Shown here: piece by piece, positions 10,104 to 21,233 of the stretch
Layout of the letters: every line of letters begins with the position of its first letter
How positions within the stretch are numbered: position 1 is the stretch's first letter
Source of the DNA: Candidatus Latescibacterota bacterium
Lineage (GTDB): Bacteria > Latescibacterota > UBA2968 > GCA-2709665
Assembly: GCA_965205485.1 (NCBI GenBank)
Contig: OZ242180.1
Coordinates: 2,496,001-2,560,000, forward strand
DNA: 64,000 bases
Direction: 5' to 3'
The notes under the pieces: model-generated
Databases searched by the model: none
Told to the model about the DNA's origin: nothing
What the model saw: the letters and a program-made list of their open reading frames with translations, nothing else
Program-made: the position numbers and the translations under genes

Positions 10104-11498
10104 ATGGCGGGATACAGGATTGAAACGGACAGCATGGGAGAGATTCAGGTCCCGGACGACCGGTATTACGGCGCCCAGACAGCCAGGGCGCTGATTCATT
10201 TTGATATTGGCGAAGAACGCATGCCGCAGGAGTTGATCAGAGCGTTCGGCATTCTGAAAAAAGCGGCGGCGATTGTGAACCGCGAACTCGGAAAGCTCAC
10301 AAAGGACAAGGCTGACCTCATCGTTCAGGCGGCGGATGAAGTCATCGACGGAAAGCTGAACGACCACTTTCCGCTTCGAATCTGGCAGACGGGAAGCGGC
10401 ACGCAGACGAATATGAACGCCAACGAAGTCATCTCCAACCGTGCCATTCAGATTGCCGGCGGGCGGATGGGCGGCAAAGATCCGATTCATCCGAATGACG
10501 ATGTCAATATGGCGCAGTCTTCAAACGACACCTTTCCCGCTGCGATGCATATTGCGGCCGTCAGCGAGATTCACGGGCGGTTGATTCCCTCGGTCGCAAA
10601 GCTGCGGGATACGCTGGCCGGCAAAGCGGGCGAATTCGAGGATATCATCAAGATCGGTCGTACTCATCTGATGGACGCCGTCCCGCTGATGCTGGGCCAG
10701 GAGTTTTCGGGATACGTGACGCAATTGACGAAGGGCCTGGAGCGGGTTGAGCGATGCCTTGCCAATCTCAATGAGCTCGCGCTTGGCGGCACGGCCGTGG
10801 GGACCGGGCTGAATACGCACCCGGAATTCGCCGACCGGGTTGCCGCACGGATTGCCGGGCTGACGGGCCATCCGTTTGTTTCCGCCGGCAACAAGTTTGA
10901 GTCCCTGGCCGCCCACGACGCGATGGTGGAAACCAGCGGCGCGTTGAAGACGCTGGCGTGCTCGCTGATGAAGATCGCCAACGACACCCGGTGGCTTGCT
11001 TCGGGGCCGCGCTGCGGCATCGGCGAGTTGACGCTGCCGGCCAACGAGCCGGGCAGTTCCATAATGCCGGGGAAAGTGAACCCCACGCAGTGCGAAGCGA
11101 TGACGATGGTAGCCGGGCAGGTCATCGGCAACGATATGGCGATTGCGGTGGGCGGCTCCTCGGGGAATTTCGAGCTGAACGTCTTCAAGCCGCTCATCGT
11201 CTACAATCTGCTGCAATCGGTGCGATTGCTGGCCGATGCCTGCGCGGCGTTCAACGATCATTGCGCGGTGGGCATCGAGCCGAACCGGGAGAATATCCGG
11301 AACCACCTGGAGCGGTCGCTCATGCTCGTCACAGCGCTGAATCCCAGTATCGGCTACGACAACGCGGCAAAGGTTGCCAAGAAGGCGTTCGACGAGAACC
11401 TGACGCTTCGGGAATCCGCGGTGGCGCTTGGGATGATGGACGGCGAGGCGTTCGATGCCGCGGTCCGGCCGGAAAAGATGACGGGGCCGGGCGGCTGA
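10104..11498 (+). CDS. fumC: Class II fumarate hydratase
   Basis: [41 protein letters not shown] signature. Confidence 0.97.
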   Translation: MAGYRIETDSMGEIQVPDDRYYGAQTARALIHFDIGEERMPQELIRAFGILKKAAAIVNRELGKLTKDKADLIVQAADEVIDGKLNDHFPLRIWQTGSGTQTNMNANEVISNRAIQIAGGRMGGKDPIHPNDDVNMAQSSNDTFPAAMHIAAVSEIHGRLIPSVAKLRDTLAGKAGEFEDIIKIGRTHLMDAVPLMLGQEFSGYVTQLTKGLERVERCLANLNELALGGTAVGTGLNTHPEFADRVAARIAGLTGHPFVSAGNKFESLAAHDAMVETSGALKTLACSLMKIANDTRWLASGPRCGIGELTLPANEPGSSIMPGKVNPTQCEAMTMVAGQVIGNDMAIAVGGSSGNFELNVFKPLIVYNLLQSVRLLADACAAFNDHCAVGIEPNRENIRNHLERSLMLVTALNPSIGYDNAAKVAKKAFDENLTLRESAVALGMMDGEAFDAAVRPEKMTGPGG

Positions 11499-11555
11499 CG
11501 TTGGCGGGGGCGCCGACCCCCGACTCGGCGCTTTCGGATGACCGCACAACGACCT

Positions 11556-11590
11556 GAAAAGGCCCGGCAGGATTTCTGCCGGGCCTTTTC
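11556..11590. terminator. Bidirectional intrinsic terminator after fumC
   Basis: GAAAAGGCCCGGCAG-GATTT-CTGCCGGGCCTTTTC perfect 15-bp stem with A and T runs at its ends. Confidence 0.8.
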
Positions 11591-11661
11591 GTCAGTCAAA
11601 AAGGAGATTATGTGCCAGAGAGCAGCCGGTACGGCGGCCAAACGGAACGGCATCCCCTGAC

Positions 11662-11994
11662 CTAACAGTCCGTTGATAAAGTCGCTCTGCAGGCGAGGTA
11701 TGGTGTCCCGTCCCGGAAATATGTCACCATTCATCCGCCGATTCATCCCGTCTGGCGGCGTTGCCTTCGCTCGGTGACCGTGAGCAGGTCGCCTCGCTCA
11801 GGCGCCTTGCCAGCCGGGCGACTCGGCGGCCGAATTCCGGCAATCTATTTCCGGGTCGGAACACTTGCCATTGTGGTCGAAGACAAGGCGCGCGACCGAG
11901 TCCCATCCTGCGATTCGGCGAGGGCGCGCAACGCAGTATTTCGACCGCAAGGGCCGGCCGTAGCCCGGATGGACTTTTTCAACGGGCTGTTTAG
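11662..11994. mobile_element. Non-autonomous MITE-like element with IS5/IS1182-like terminal inverted repeats
   Basis: Left end CTAACAGTCCGTTGATAAAGTC; right end reverse-complements to CTAAACAGCCCGTTGAAAAAGTC; internal imperfect hairpins; no transposase. Confidence 0.7.
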
Positions 11995-12454
11995 TCGTCA
12001 ACAATTCAGTCAGGCGACGGCGGCCGTCAGAAACGCATCGAATGAGAATCGCCCGCATGTTCGTCTCACATGCGGGACAGGTCCTGCACAAATGCCGATT
12101 CAACAGGTGCGCCGTGGCAAGCAGGATTCCTGCTGTTGTATGGAAGACGACTTCAAAGATTCCCTCGGTTGCAACGTGGCCGATGGCGATAAACGCGATT
12201 GCCACTACGATGATGAGAAACGCTCTCCAGTGTCTGTGGTGCCTGACGCCCCAGACGACGCTGCCCATTGCGAGCGCGACTGCTCCGATGATGATTGATT
12301 CCGCAGATTCACTCGCCAGGAACCCGAGCCCCAGCAACGGCAGAACTGTTACCAGAAGCGGCACTGCCACACAATGGATTGCGCATGCGCAAGACAGAAC
12401 CGCACCGACGTTATCCACCGTTTCATGGCTGATGCTGTTCTTCAAGTTTACCAT
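11798..12454 (-). CDS. MerC-domain membrane protein; the 3' end reads into the MITE
   Basis: DNVGAVLSCACAIHC, four hydrophobic segments, RHHRH, AHLLNRHLC; about the last 65 codons lie inside the MITE. Confidence 0.75.
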   Translation of the reverse strand: MVNLKNSISHETVDNVGAVLSCACAIHCVAVPLLVTVLPLLGLGFLASESAESIIIGAVALAMGSVVWGVRHHRHWRAFLIIVVAIAFIAIGHVATEGIFEVVFHTTAGILLATAHLLNRHLCRTCPACETNMRAILIRCVSDGRRRLTELLTTKQPVEKVHPGYGRPLRSKYCVARPRRIAGWDSVARLVFDHNGKCSDPEIDCRNSAAESPGWQGA

Positions 12455-12546
12455 TTGTTTCCTTTCAGACCGTGACCGGGTACATCGCGTCAGGATCGAA
12501 TCAGTGGAGCCCGATTAAAGGAACTCTCGATATTTCTTTTGATGTA

Positions 12547-13857
12547 CTATTGATCCAGATATTCCGCGATTTTACCGCACCAGTGCGGCGGCCATTCGGT
12601 CATGTTGCCGTAGACTGCGGGTGAACCCGGGCCGCGTGGATATCTCGAGGACATGACCCCGCCATCGTCGCCGTCCAGGCCGAAAAGGAAGCCGATCAGG
12701 TGTGCGCGTTCGTCTTCCTTGATCCGGGTGGCCTTAAAGTAGAGGCCGAGGACGTTCGGTGGCACGTACACACCCGCAACCGCACGGGATTTCTCCTCGG
12801 TCGATGCTTTGTACCTGACTTCCTGAAAGACGCCGATGTGAAGATCACGGTGACGTTCCGTCCTCGCAATATATCCCCGCAGGCTGTCCTTACCCAGAAC
12901 CCAGGACTTCCACCCCGTTGTACGGGTTGTGAACCGGGCCTTTTCAGGCGGAATCGCTACAGCGTCGACGCCGAGGTCTTCCGTACTGCCGACCAGGGGG
13001 TTACCAGCGCACTTTTTCTGAATGTTGTCAACCCACCAGAGAATGGACTCCGTCCAAAGGTTGCGGTTGACGTCGCTGAATCGCTGGCCTTCGGCCCTGT
13101 AGAAGCGAAACCGGATGGCGCCCGGGTTCGGTTCTTCCTCGGCGACAGGCGCTGACGTCGTTTCGGGGCGGACCGGGGCCGGCCGGGCGTACTGCCAGGG
13201 CCGGGTGGGCAACGTGTGATCGAGGCCCAGGGCAAATTCCGACGGAACGGCGCGTGCGGCCTCTTTCCCATCGCTCGACTGAATGGATACAACGCCGACA
13301 ACGCGACCGGATTCGTCCAGAAGCGGCCCTCCGTTGCCGCCGGCAGACACCACGGCGCCCAGGGGATAGGATCGCACGCCGTCAACGATCTCGACGGGAT
13401 TCATCTCGCCGTCGACAAGTCTGAACGCCTCCCCCACGACCGTCTCCACAACATAGGTTCGTTTGATCTCGACCGGGTCCCGGGCGGCCAGTTCGAGCAG
13501 CGGCCTGCCAAAGACCTTGATCCGGATCAGCGCCACGTTGCGTTTTTCGTCACTGTCGATCAGGCCCGAGACCCCGAATTCCTCGCCGGATTCGAACCTG
13601 GCGACAACCCCGACCGCGTCGTCGACGAGATCCCAGGTTGTAACCGCAATTCTGCTGTCGATGGTGAGAAAGCCCAATCCCCGGATCCGGGAACCGTCCC
13701 TTCTTTCCACGTCCAGAACGACAACCGAAGCGCGCGCTTTCACGTAGACGGCGTCCGGAGGGTCATCCGACGCAGGGACGGGTGTACAGAGAACCTTAGA
13801 CAGGAACACCGCCATCCATACAGCGGTTGCGGACGGGATGACCGATGCCGGTTTCAT
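12547..13857 (-). CDS. Exported protein with a degenerate trypsin-like domain and an unknown C-terminal domain
   Basis: Hydrophobic N-terminus; GLGFL, TTWDLV, RNVALIRI and GGNGGPLLDESGRVVGV align by eye with HtrA-type motifs. Confidence 0.65.
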   Translation of the reverse strand: MKPASVIPSATAVWMAVFLSKVLCTPVPASDDPPDAVYVKARASVVVLDVERRDGSRIRGLGFLTIDSRIAVTTWDLVDDAVGVVARFESGEEFGVSGLIDSDEKRNVALIRIKVFGRPLLELAARDPVEIKRTYVVETVVGEAFRLVDGEMNPVEIVDGVRSYPLGAVVSAGGNGGPLLDESGRVVGVVSIQSSDGKEAARAVPSEFALGLDHTLPTRPWQYARPAPVRPETTSAPVAEEEPNPGAIRFRFYRAEGQRFSDVNRNLWTESILWWVDNIQKKCAGNPLVGSTEDLGVDAVAIPPEKARFTTRTTGWKSWVLGKDSLRGYIARTERHRDLHIGVFQEVRYKASTEEKSRAVAGVYVPPNVLGLYFKATRIKEDERAHLIGFLFGLDGDDGGVMSSRYPRGPGSPAVYGNMTEWPPHWCGKIAEYLDQ

Positions 13858-13926
13858 AGGCGATCTCGATATGCGAAACGTCCGGAGTACACGGCCTGAA
13901 AATTCAGGTTATTTTCGAAAGAACTG

Positions 13927-14283
13927 TCAAATCACCCACAGAACGTACAGCGTAACCGCCGTACCGAGGAGGGCGCCGCCATAGCAGAGGACGTCCAGCG
14001 AGAGCAGCAGCTTCCGGATGCCCATTTCGTGCAGCGAGAAACGGATGCGGTGGGCGGCGTGAAAGAGCGGAGGGACAATGAGAACAAACAGGTAGACTTT
14101 GACGAGCGGATTCGCAAGCAGGGATTTCATCCGGCTGTATTCGAGCAGGCTCTTGTCGATCAGGCCGAGCGGCACGGCCAGCCCTATAAGAAAGATGTGG
14201 ACGGGTATCAGCAGCGCGGCAACCACGCCGCCCATCGAGAACATGCCCCACCAGAAGGGTTCGGTTCTGTCTTCCTTGTACAC
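13927..14283 (-). CDS. frdD: Fumarate reductase membrane anchor subunit D
   Basis: RTEPFWWGMFSMGG, HAAHRIRF; last gene of the operon. Confidence 0.92.
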   Translation of the reverse strand: MYKEDRTEPFWWGMFSMGGVVAALLIPVHIFLIGLAVPLGLIDKSLLEYSRMKSLLANPLVKVYLFVLIVPPLFHAAHRIRFSLHEMGIRKLLLSLDVLCYGGALLGTAVTLYVLWVI

Positions 14284-14292
14284 GGACTCCCC

Positions 14293-14718
14293 CTACTTTA
14301 TACAACCGACTTTTAATGTCAGAAACAGGCAGGCGACAACCGCCGACGCGACGATCCATGAAAGATAGGCGCCCAGACCCACGATAAAGGGCGGTATCGT
14401 CAGACGTCCGATTCGAACGATCTGGATTTTGGATACCAGACCCAGCCATGTGATGCTGTGGTACAGCGCGAACAGGAGGACGATGGCATAACCCACGACA
14501 AACGGTACGGACCGGAGCGTTTCCTGGAACATATCGTGGACTTCCGCGCCCCGGGAGACGAGAAACAGCTGATACAGGTATACCAGAACGAACAGGGCGA
14601 TAAACACGCTGGTCGATTCCCGGATCATGAACAGGAAGTAGCGGCGATTCTGCAGCCACCATGTGATCGGAACCGGACGCACATACGCCTTGTGTTCGGT
14701 TTCGTGTTCCCGCGTCAT
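14293..14718 (-). CDS. frdC: Fumarate reductase membrane anchor subunit C
   Basis: YVRPVPITWW, FMIRESTS, LYHSITW; ATG at 14718. Confidence 0.9.
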   Translation of the reverse strand: MTREHETEHKAYVRPVPITWWLQNRRYFLFMIRESTSVFIALFVLVYLYQLFLVSRGAEVHDMFQETLRSVPFVVGYAIVLLFALYHSITWLGLVSKIQIVRIGRLTIPPFIVGLGAYLSWIVASAVVACLFLTLKVGCIK

Positions 14719-14719
14719 C

Positions 14720-15469
14720 TTACTTCCTCCCCCATGGAAGGAGAACGGATTTGAACCAGCCGCCGGTGGTGGCCACCTTGTTCCGCTGGATGGCGGCTGC
14801 AGGATCCACGTCTTTGGGACAGACGACGGAGCACTCACCAATGTAGGTACATTCCCAGATGCCCTCGGTGCTTGCAATCACGTGTTGACGCCGTTCCTTC
14901 CCCTCGTCTCGGGAGTCCAGGTTGTACCGGTGCCCCAGGGCAATGGCGGCGGGCCCGATGAATTCGGTCTCGAGTCCGTAAACGGGACAGGCGGCGTAGC
15001 AGAGCATGCAGTTGATGCACATGCTGAATTGCTTGTATTCCTTCAGCTCTTCGGGCGTCTGCAGGTATTCCCCTTCCGAAACGGGCTTTTCTTCCTCCCG
15101 GATGATCCAGGGCTGCACCGCCTGGAGTTTATCCATAAAGTCGGTCATGTCTATGATCAGGTCGCGGACAATGGGGAAGTTCTGCAAGGGTTCCACACGG
15201 ACTTCGCCAGGGTAATAGTCGCGCAGGAATGCGGCGCAGGAGAGCTTCGGTTCGCCGTTGACCGTCATGCCGCAACTGCCGCAGACACCCATCCGGCAGG
15301 ACCAGCGGAAGGACAGAGAGCCGTCAATGTGATCCTTGATATGGTTCAGCCCGTCCAGCACCACCCAGTCGTCCTGAAATTCGATATCGTAAGACTGTTC
15401 GACGGGTTCGTCTTCCTGTTCAGGACGATATCGGGTAACGGTGATTGTGATCTTCTTGCCATTACTCAT
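14720..15469 (-). CDS. frdB: Fumarate reductase iron-sulfur subunit
   Basis: [35 protein letters not shown]. Confidence 0.95.
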   Translation of the reverse strand: MSNGKKITITVTRYRPEQEDEPVEQSYDIEFQDDWVVLDGLNHIKDHIDGSLSFRWSCRMGVCGSCGMTVNGEPKLSCAAFLRDYYPGEVRVEPLQNFPIVRDLIIDMTDFMDKLQAVQPWIIREEEKPVSEGEYLQTPEELKEYKQFSMCINCMLCYAACPVYGLETEFIGPAAIALGHRYNLDSRDEGKERRQHVIASTEGIWECTYIGECSVVCPKDVDPAAAIQRNKVATTGGWFKSVLLPWGRK

Positions 15470-15496
15470 GAAATTCCCCTTGCGCGGGATTCGAAA

Positions 15497-17206
15497 TCAG
15501 TATTTGCGCTCTTCGGGTTCCCAGCGCGTGATCGTTACGGGAAGGTAGTCGGTACGCGGTCCGTCTTCTGTCCTGTACGTCAATGAGTGTTTCAGGTATT
15601 CCTCATCGTTTCGGTCCTCGAAATCCGATCGGGAGTGAGACCCCCTGGATTCCTTGCGGTCCAGGGCGGCATGTGCAAGCGCTTCAGCCGCATCCAGCAT
15701 GAATCCAAGTTCGAGCGCCGCCGTGAGTTCGGTGTTGAATACACTGGAGGTATCGTCCAGGCCGACGTTCCGGAAGCGTTCCTGAAGGTTCCTCAGGATT
15801 TCGCAGGTTTCCTTCAACGTCTCTTCATCGCGGAAGATACCGGCGCCGCGTTCCATGGCCGCCTGCATCTCCGTACGAATATCCGCGACGCGCTCCTTGC
15901 CGTTTCGCGGCTGCAGGTACGTCCCTTCAATGCGCCGCCGCTCGTCGCGGTTGAGGTTTTCGAGGGTGTCCGTGCCGGGGGCCTCCCGGCCGCCGGCGTA
16001 TTCCGCGGCGACTATTCCCGCGCGCGCGCCAAAGACGAGGCACTCCGTGAGGGAATTTGAGCCCAGCCGGTTGGCGCCGTTGAGGCTCACGCATGCGGCT
16101 TCGCCGGCGGCGTAGAGCCCCGGAATCGGCGTGGCGCCGTTGATGTCCGTATGTACGCCGCCCATCATGTAGTGGACGACCGGGCGGACGGGGATGGGCT
16201 CCCTGACCGGATCGATCCCCACGTAGTTCCTGGCCAGTTCCCGGACGAATGGCAGCTTCTCGTCGATGACATTCTCGCCCAGATGTCTCAGGTCCAGATG
16301 GACGTAGTTGCCATAGGGACCGTCGAAGACGCGGCCCTCTCGCATCTCATACATGAATGCGCGCGAAAGGATATCGCGAGGACCCAATTCCATTTTGCCG
16401 GGTATGTATTCGCTCAGGTAGCGCTCGCCCTTGTTGTTGATCAGGTATCCGCCTTCCCCCCGGGACGCTTCCGTCATCAGGATGCCGGTACCCGGAAGGC
16501 CGGTGGGATGGTACTGGACGAACTCCATGTCCTTCAGTGGGCACCCGATGCGGTAGGCCAGGGCCATGCCGTCGCCGTTCTTGATGGCGGCGTTCGTCGT
16601 AAACGGAAAGATCTTGCCGCCGCCGCCGGTACAGATGATGACGGTTTTCGCGCCGATCGCGTGGATGCCGCCCGATCGCATGTTCAGCGCGGACACGCCG
16701 CAGACCTCTCCATCGTCCACGAGAAGGGAGGTGACGAACCACTCGTCGTACCGGGTAACCGCGTTGTATTTGAGGGAGGTCTGAAACAGGGCGTGCAGCA
16801 TGTGGAATCCCGTCTTGTCCGCCGCGTATAGCGTTCGCTTCACGCTCATACCGCCGAAAGCGCGAACGCTGACGCGCCCGTCTTCATCCCGGCTCCAGGG
16901 GCAGCCCCAGTGTTCCAGTTGAATGGATTCGTCCTGTGCTTCCTTCACAAAGGCTTCGACGACGTCCTGGTCGGCCAGGTAGTCGCTGCCCCGTATGGTG
17001 TCGAACGAGTGCAGATCCAGATTGTCGTATTCCCGCATGACGGCCGCGGCGCCGCCCTCGGCGGAGACGGTGTGGCTGCGCATGGGGTAGACTTTGGAGA
17101 CGACGGCAACGTTCAGACCTGAATCGGTCTCGGCCGCGGCGATGGCGGCGCGCAAACCCGCGGCGCCGCCCCCTACAAGAAGCACGTCGTGAATCGGTAT
17201 GTCCAT
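15497..17206 (-). CDS. frdA: Fumarate reductase flavoprotein subunit
   Basis: [16 protein letters not shown] (covalent-FAD His), [21 protein letters not shown]. Confidence 0.96.
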   Translation of the reverse strand: MDIPIHDVLLVGGGAAGLRAAIAAAETDSGLNVAVVSKVYPMRSHTVSAEGGAAAVMREYDNLDLHSFDTIRGSDYLADQDVVEAFVKEAQDESIQLEHWGCPWSRDEDGRVSVRAFGGMSVKRTLYAADKTGFHMLHALFQTSLKYNAVTRYDEWFVTSLLVDDGEVCGVSALNMRSGGIHAIGAKTVIICTGGGGKIFPFTTNAAIKNGDGMALAYRIGCPLKDMEFVQYHPTGLPGTGILMTEASRGEGGYLINNKGERYLSEYIPGKMELGPRDILSRAFMYEMREGRVFDGPYGNYVHLDLRHLGENVIDEKLPFVRELARNYVGIDPVREPIPVRPVVHYMMGGVHTDINGATPIPGLYAAGEAACVSLNGANRLGSNSLTECLVFGARAGIVAAEYAGGREAPGTDTLENLNRDERRRIEGTYLQPRNGKERVADIRTEMQAAMERGAGIFRDEETLKETCEILRNLQERFRNVGLDDTSSVFNTELTAALELGFMLDAAEALAHAALDRKESRGSHSRSDFEDRNDEEYLKHSLTYRTEDGPRTDYLPVTITRWEPEERKY

Positions 17207-17324
17207 TTATAACCCCTGAAGGCGCGGGTGCATCGCGTTCGATTCGTTCGCAAACAGCGTTTATTATAACGATTTAGGCGAAATCCGTCAACGTTAACCT
17301 CAGTTGGAAAAAAGATCAGAGTCA

Positions 17325-17469
17325 AATTGGCCACATAAAGCACGAAAAGAACAGAAGGTACCGGTGCGAACCGGCGTGAGTCGTAACTCCGTGATCCTGC
17401 AGTAATCTCGTTTTCTCCCGGCTATACGCACTGTTACAGGATGGCTGATTTTGTGCCTCTTGTGGCAAT
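17325..17469. repeat. Short element bounded by imperfect inverted repeats (GCCACA...GCAC.AAA / TTTTGTGCCTCTTGTGGC)
   Basis: Inverted ends visible at 17325-17347 and 17449-17469; no credible ORF inside. Confidence 0.5.
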
Positions 17470-17547
17470 AAACCTCAATTTGAAAGGAACAGCATCTCGA
17501 CGTCACGGGTTTGGGGAGCCGGTGAATCCGGCATGCAACGGGTTTCG

Positions 17548-18654
17548 TCATTGCAACCGGCCGCGGGCCGGAAGCGGCCAGACGGCTTCAACCACGCCGT
17601 CGCGGATTCCATAGAGTTCGTCGTGCAGGACAACCGTGGTGTCGGAGTAGCCCGCCACGAATTCAATGGTCTCGCCAACCCGCGGTGTCTCAGCGGGCGC
17701 ACTCAGTTCAATCTTGCCGTGCTCGGCGGAGAGGGCCACGAGCGCGACGTTCGGGATGCCGATCGGCTCCGGAACGGAGGCGTCGCTGCTCATGGTTTTC
17801 TTTCCCGCGTCACAAATGATGCGTGCAGGCGTGGGGCGGCTGGTGACGGTGGAGAGGACGGTCATGGCGTATTCATGCGCCACCCCGAAGACGGTGCGGT
17901 ACCGGATATCGCCGAAGATGCCGCCGCCGGCTTCGATTTCGGTGACGCCGGGATGGAACGCGCTGATCCAGTAGGTGCCTGTGCCGCCGCAGCTGACGAT
18001 GCCCACGGGGAAGCCGTTGCGCCGGCACAGGTCGGCGCTGTCCGTGAGTCTGGACAGGGATTCCTCGATGAGCCTCCGCTTTTCGCCGATGTCCTTGATG
18101 GCCAGCGTGTGCGCCTCCCACGTCATCAGCCCTGAGAACTGCAGGCCCGGGCAGGCGGCGATGGTCCGCGCAAGCGAAAGAACCGGTTCGCCAGGCGCAA
18201 CGCCCGCGCGGTTCATGCCCACGTCGATTTCAATCAGCACCCGGATGCGGACGCCCTTTTCCGAGGCGGCAAGATCGATTTCGCGAATATTGCTCTCGTC
18301 GTCCACGCAGACCATGACGTCGGCATGGTTGCGGAGGTTGACCAGGCGTGCGATTTTCCGGGGGCCCACGATCTGGTTGGCGATGAGGATGTCTCTGACG
18401 CCGCCCGCCGCCATCACTTCGGCCTCGCCGAGTTTGGCGCAGGTAATTCCGATAGCGCCTGCTTCCAGGAGCCTGTGAGCAAGCGCCGGCGTCTTCATGC
18501 CCTTCGTGTGGGGCCGCCACTGGACGCCCGCCTGCTGGATGATGACGTCCGCCATCTTCCGGGTGTTGCGTTCGAGCGTTGGCAGGTCCACCAGGAGGGC
18601 CGGGGTGTCCAGGTCTTCCTTGCGGCAACCGGTGAGGTGTGTCTGTACGATCAT
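17548..18654 (-). CDS. DSD1/D-threonine aldolase family PLP enzyme (alanine racemase fold)
   Basis: LDTPALLVD, RPHTK, GMNRAGV, GGTGT, DAGKK, SAEHG. Confidence 0.88.
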   Translation of the reverse strand: MIVQTHLTGCRKEDLDTPALLVDLPTLERNTRKMADVIIQQAGVQWRPHTKGMKTPALAHRLLEAGAIGITCAKLGEAEVMAAGGVRDILIANQIVGPRKIARLVNLRNHADVMVCVDDESNIREIDLAASEKGVRIRVLIEIDVGMNRAGVAPGEPVLSLARTIAACPGLQFSGLMTWEAHTLAIKDIGEKRRLIEESLSRLTDSADLCRRNGFPVGIVSCGGTGTYWISAFHPGVTEIEAGGGIFGDIRYRTVFGVAHEYAMTVLSTVTSRPTPARIICDAGKKTMSSDASVPEPIGIPNVALVALSAEHGKIELSAPAETPRVGETIEFVAGYSDTTVVLHDELYGIRDGVVEAVWPLPARGRLQ

Positions 18655-18726
18655 GCGGAATCCTCGGGTTTCGGGTTCTTCGGCCGCGGAACTTTCCCGC
18701 GGGGGATGGTCACGTCAACGCTGCCT

Positions 18727-19476
18727 TCAACGACGTTGCCGGATAATGTAGTCGGCAACCTCGATCATCGTGGCGGTCCAGATCCGGTTCCGGTTACGAT
18801 CCAGAAACCGGGCAACTTCCCTCAATGCCGCTGAAGATATGGAGAGATGTTGTCCTCCGATGCCGTGCATGCAGACGACTGCCCAGAGGCCGTCATTGAC
18901 GGCGTTTTCGATGTATGCGACGATCTCTTTCCCGGAATGGCCGTCGACGGCCAGGGACCAGGTGCAGGCCAGGTCGATCCGTTCCGGATGATTGGCGCGT
19001 TCGCCCCAGCCCCTCGCGGCCTTGAAGCGTCGGGCGACGAGCGGCACGTAGGACTGCCGGTTCTCCCCGGCGCCGACGTACGTCTGGTAACAGGGGTAAC
19101 AGAAGGTCCGGTCGCCGCGCTGTTCGGGAAACAGGCGGTTCAGGTCTTCGGTGGCTTCGTCGATGGTCCGTGCGATGTCATCCAGCCCCAGGTTTTCCAG
19201 ACAGAAGCCGTCGTCGCGGAATCCGAAATTGCAGGAGCAGGGGTGCATGGAGGTGTGATTCCCCAGTTCGTGGCCGTTCCTGCTGGCCTGTTGCCAGCGG
19301 GGAATCTGCGTCTCCCACGCATCCGACCGCCCCGGGTTGACATAGAATGTCCCCTTCAGGCCGCAATCGTCCAGGCAGGGAATCGCATTGTCCAATTGCG
19401 TATCGAGGCCGTCGTCGAAGGTGAGACTGACGGCCCCCTCGAAGCCTTCAGGCCAGAAGGCGCGGTCCGGTGGCAT
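18727..19476 (-). CDS. Polysaccharide deacetylase (NodB-like)
   Basis: SLTFDDG, GHELGNHTSMHP, FCYPC. Confidence 0.88.
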   Translation of the reverse strand: MPPDRAFWPEGFEGAVSLTFDDGLDTQLDNAIPCLDDCGLKGTFYVNPGRSDAWETQIPRWQQASRNGHELGNHTSMHPCSCNFGFRDDGFCLENLGLDDIARTIDEATEDLNRLFPEQRGDRTFCYPCYQTYVGAGENRQSYVPLVARRFKAARGWGERANHPERIDLACTWSLAVDGHSGKEIVAYIENAVNDGLWAVVCMHGIGGQHLSISSAALREVARFLDRNRNRIWTATMIEVADYIIRQRR

Positions 19477-19487
19477 GGCTTCCTCTT

Positions 19488-20465
19488 CTAATCCGTTGGC
19501 AGGACGCCGATGTCCCCGCCTCGGCGGTAGGCCAGGGCGTCGTCGATCATCCGCCGGATATCGTACCGGGGTTTGAAACCCAGCAGTCTGCGGGCTTTGG
19601 ACAGGTCGAATTCGTAGAACGTGGGGTCGCCCTTCAGGCGCGTTTCGACGTATGGGATCCCCAGGCGTTCGGAAAGAAAAGTGACGGCTTCATCCCAGGT
19701 GAACGGCGCGGGGCCGGCGAGCTGGATGATTTCGCCGGAAACGCCCTCGGCGCTCATCGCCAGCCGGCAGCCCTGGACAATATCCCGCACGTCGGCAACG
19801 TGTTTCTTGTACGGCCTGCCGTCCCGGTCTTTGAGTACCACCAGACGTTCTGTTCCCGTCCACATGCCCTTGAATTCGGAACGGCCCTTCAATCCGCTCA
19901 GACGGAATTGCGGGAAGTCCAGAATCTCGCCCGCGCCGAAGACCATGCAGAATCGAAGGATAACGACCGGTAGTTGGTAGGTGGCCCAGTATCCGGTGCA
20001 GAGTTCTTCGCCCAGCGATTTGGACAGGGCGTACCATCCGCGGCAGCGCCGGCGGGTTCGATCTTCCCGGATCGGTTCGGCCATTCCGCCGGGGACGTAC
20101 TTTTCGTAAATGGCGTCGGTGCCCGCAAAGATCAGCCTTGGGGGCATGTCTTGCGCCCTGGCGGCCTCCAGCATGTTGAACGTGCCGCGAACGTTGATGT
20201 CGAAATATTCGGTTTCGGAGAAGGGTCCGCCGCCCTGAAAGGCCGCGCCGAGGTGGTAAACCGTGCTGACGCCCTTTGCGGCCGCGTGGACGTCTCGCGG
20301 ATCCGTGAGGCTGCCGTGGACCAGCTCCACGTCCAGGCCGTTCAGTTTGTCAATTCGGGGGTCTCGGGGCCAGACCAGACCGCGTACGGAATGTCCCTCG
20401 TTAACGAGCGTTCCGGCCAGGTTGGCGCCGATTCTTCCAGTTATGCCAGTGATGAGAACAGACAT
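19488..20465 (-). CDS. NAD-dependent epimerase/dehydratase
   Basis: ITGITGRIG, HLGA, YALSK. Confidence 0.9.
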   Translation of the reverse strand: MSVLITGITGRIGANLAGTLVNEGHSVRGLVWPRDPRIDKLNGLDVELVHGSLTDPRDVHAAAKGVSTVYHLGAAFQGGGPFSETEYFDINVRGTFNMLEAARAQDMPPRLIFAGTDAIYEKYVPGGMAEPIREDRTRRRCRGWYALSKSLGEELCTGYWATYQLPVVILRFCMVFGAGEILDFPQFRLSGLKGRSEFKGMWTGTERLVVLKDRDGRPYKKHVADVRDIVQGCRLAMSAEGVSGEIIQLAGPAPFTWDEAVTFLSERLGIPYVETRLKGDPTFYEFDLSKARRLLGFKPRYDIRRMIDDALAYRRGGDIGVLPTD

Positions 20466-20565
20466 GAGATTTGGATCAGGTGTTCGGTAGGTCCTGGCGC
20501 GGCTTCGCCTTGCTCAGCCACAACCGAATAGGTGGCAGAGAACGCGCACTTCCGTGTGGTTAGCG

Positions 20566-20770
20566 TTCCCGGGAGCGAGGGCATCCCTGCCCTCGACGGC
20601 GAACAGGAATGGACATTGCGCCGCCATTCCAGATGTGGATTCGGATGGGAAGCAATTGGCCCCTTATGTGGAAATCCGTCGGTTACTTGAAGTTCGAGGG
20701 CAGGGATGCCCTCGCTCCGGATATTAGTGTATCTTGCGGTGAAAGAGGGCAGATTGCCGTCAGTCGTAGG
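20566..20770 (+). repeat. Repeat family A, copy 1: inverted pair of GAGCGAGGGCATCC(C)TGCCCTCGA palindromes around a ~100-bp spacer (REPIN-like)
   Basis: Homologous over ~200 bp to 27891-28095 (+) and 41170-41380 (-); a single half-site occurs at 59688-59714. Confidence 0.85.
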
Positions 20771-20817
20771 GCGCCGAGTCGTCCGACTGGCATTCGTCGA
20801 TTCGCTAAGTAACCAGC

Positions 20818-20985
20818 ACCTGAGCCCCGAGCCGCTCCCTGAGCTTGTCGAAGGGTCGGCGAGGGGCGTTGAAAGGCACCGAACAGGTTTCGACACGCGG
20901 GCATTTCGACATTTCGACACGCTCAATGCAAGCATGCTCAATGACCACGTGTCGAGAACCCGCTTCCTCAGCCTAACGACAGGCG
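20818..20985 (+). repeat. Repeat family B (CCTGAGCTTGTCGAAGGG ... GGGCATTTCGACAAGCTCAATGACCACG)
   Basis: Related copies at 27650-27840, 38150-38402 and 63838-63930. Confidence 0.85.
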
Positions 20986-21233
20986 ATGCTCCCAACGCAA
21001 CGAGAAATGATGAATCAGTGGATCATTGGTGAGATCTTCTCAGGATGGGACATTAGTTATCGAATTTGCGGAGGAAAATCAAGGGCAATCGCAAAAGGTG
21101 GATTGCGGGATATTTCGCTTGCGGATTCGGTTTTTTTTTGCTATTAAGACGGGAGTTTCGAAGGATTCATCTGCTGTATTTTCCGGCGATTGACCTGAAC
21201 GCGGGGGCGAAACCCTCCTGAGGAGGATTGACG

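Noticed and set aside
20441..21032. Short ORFs over repeat mosaics (LSLSK, TLRQAQG, PPLRGS peptides)
   Set aside because: These are translations of the palindromic repeats and recur at each copy; they are not credible genes.
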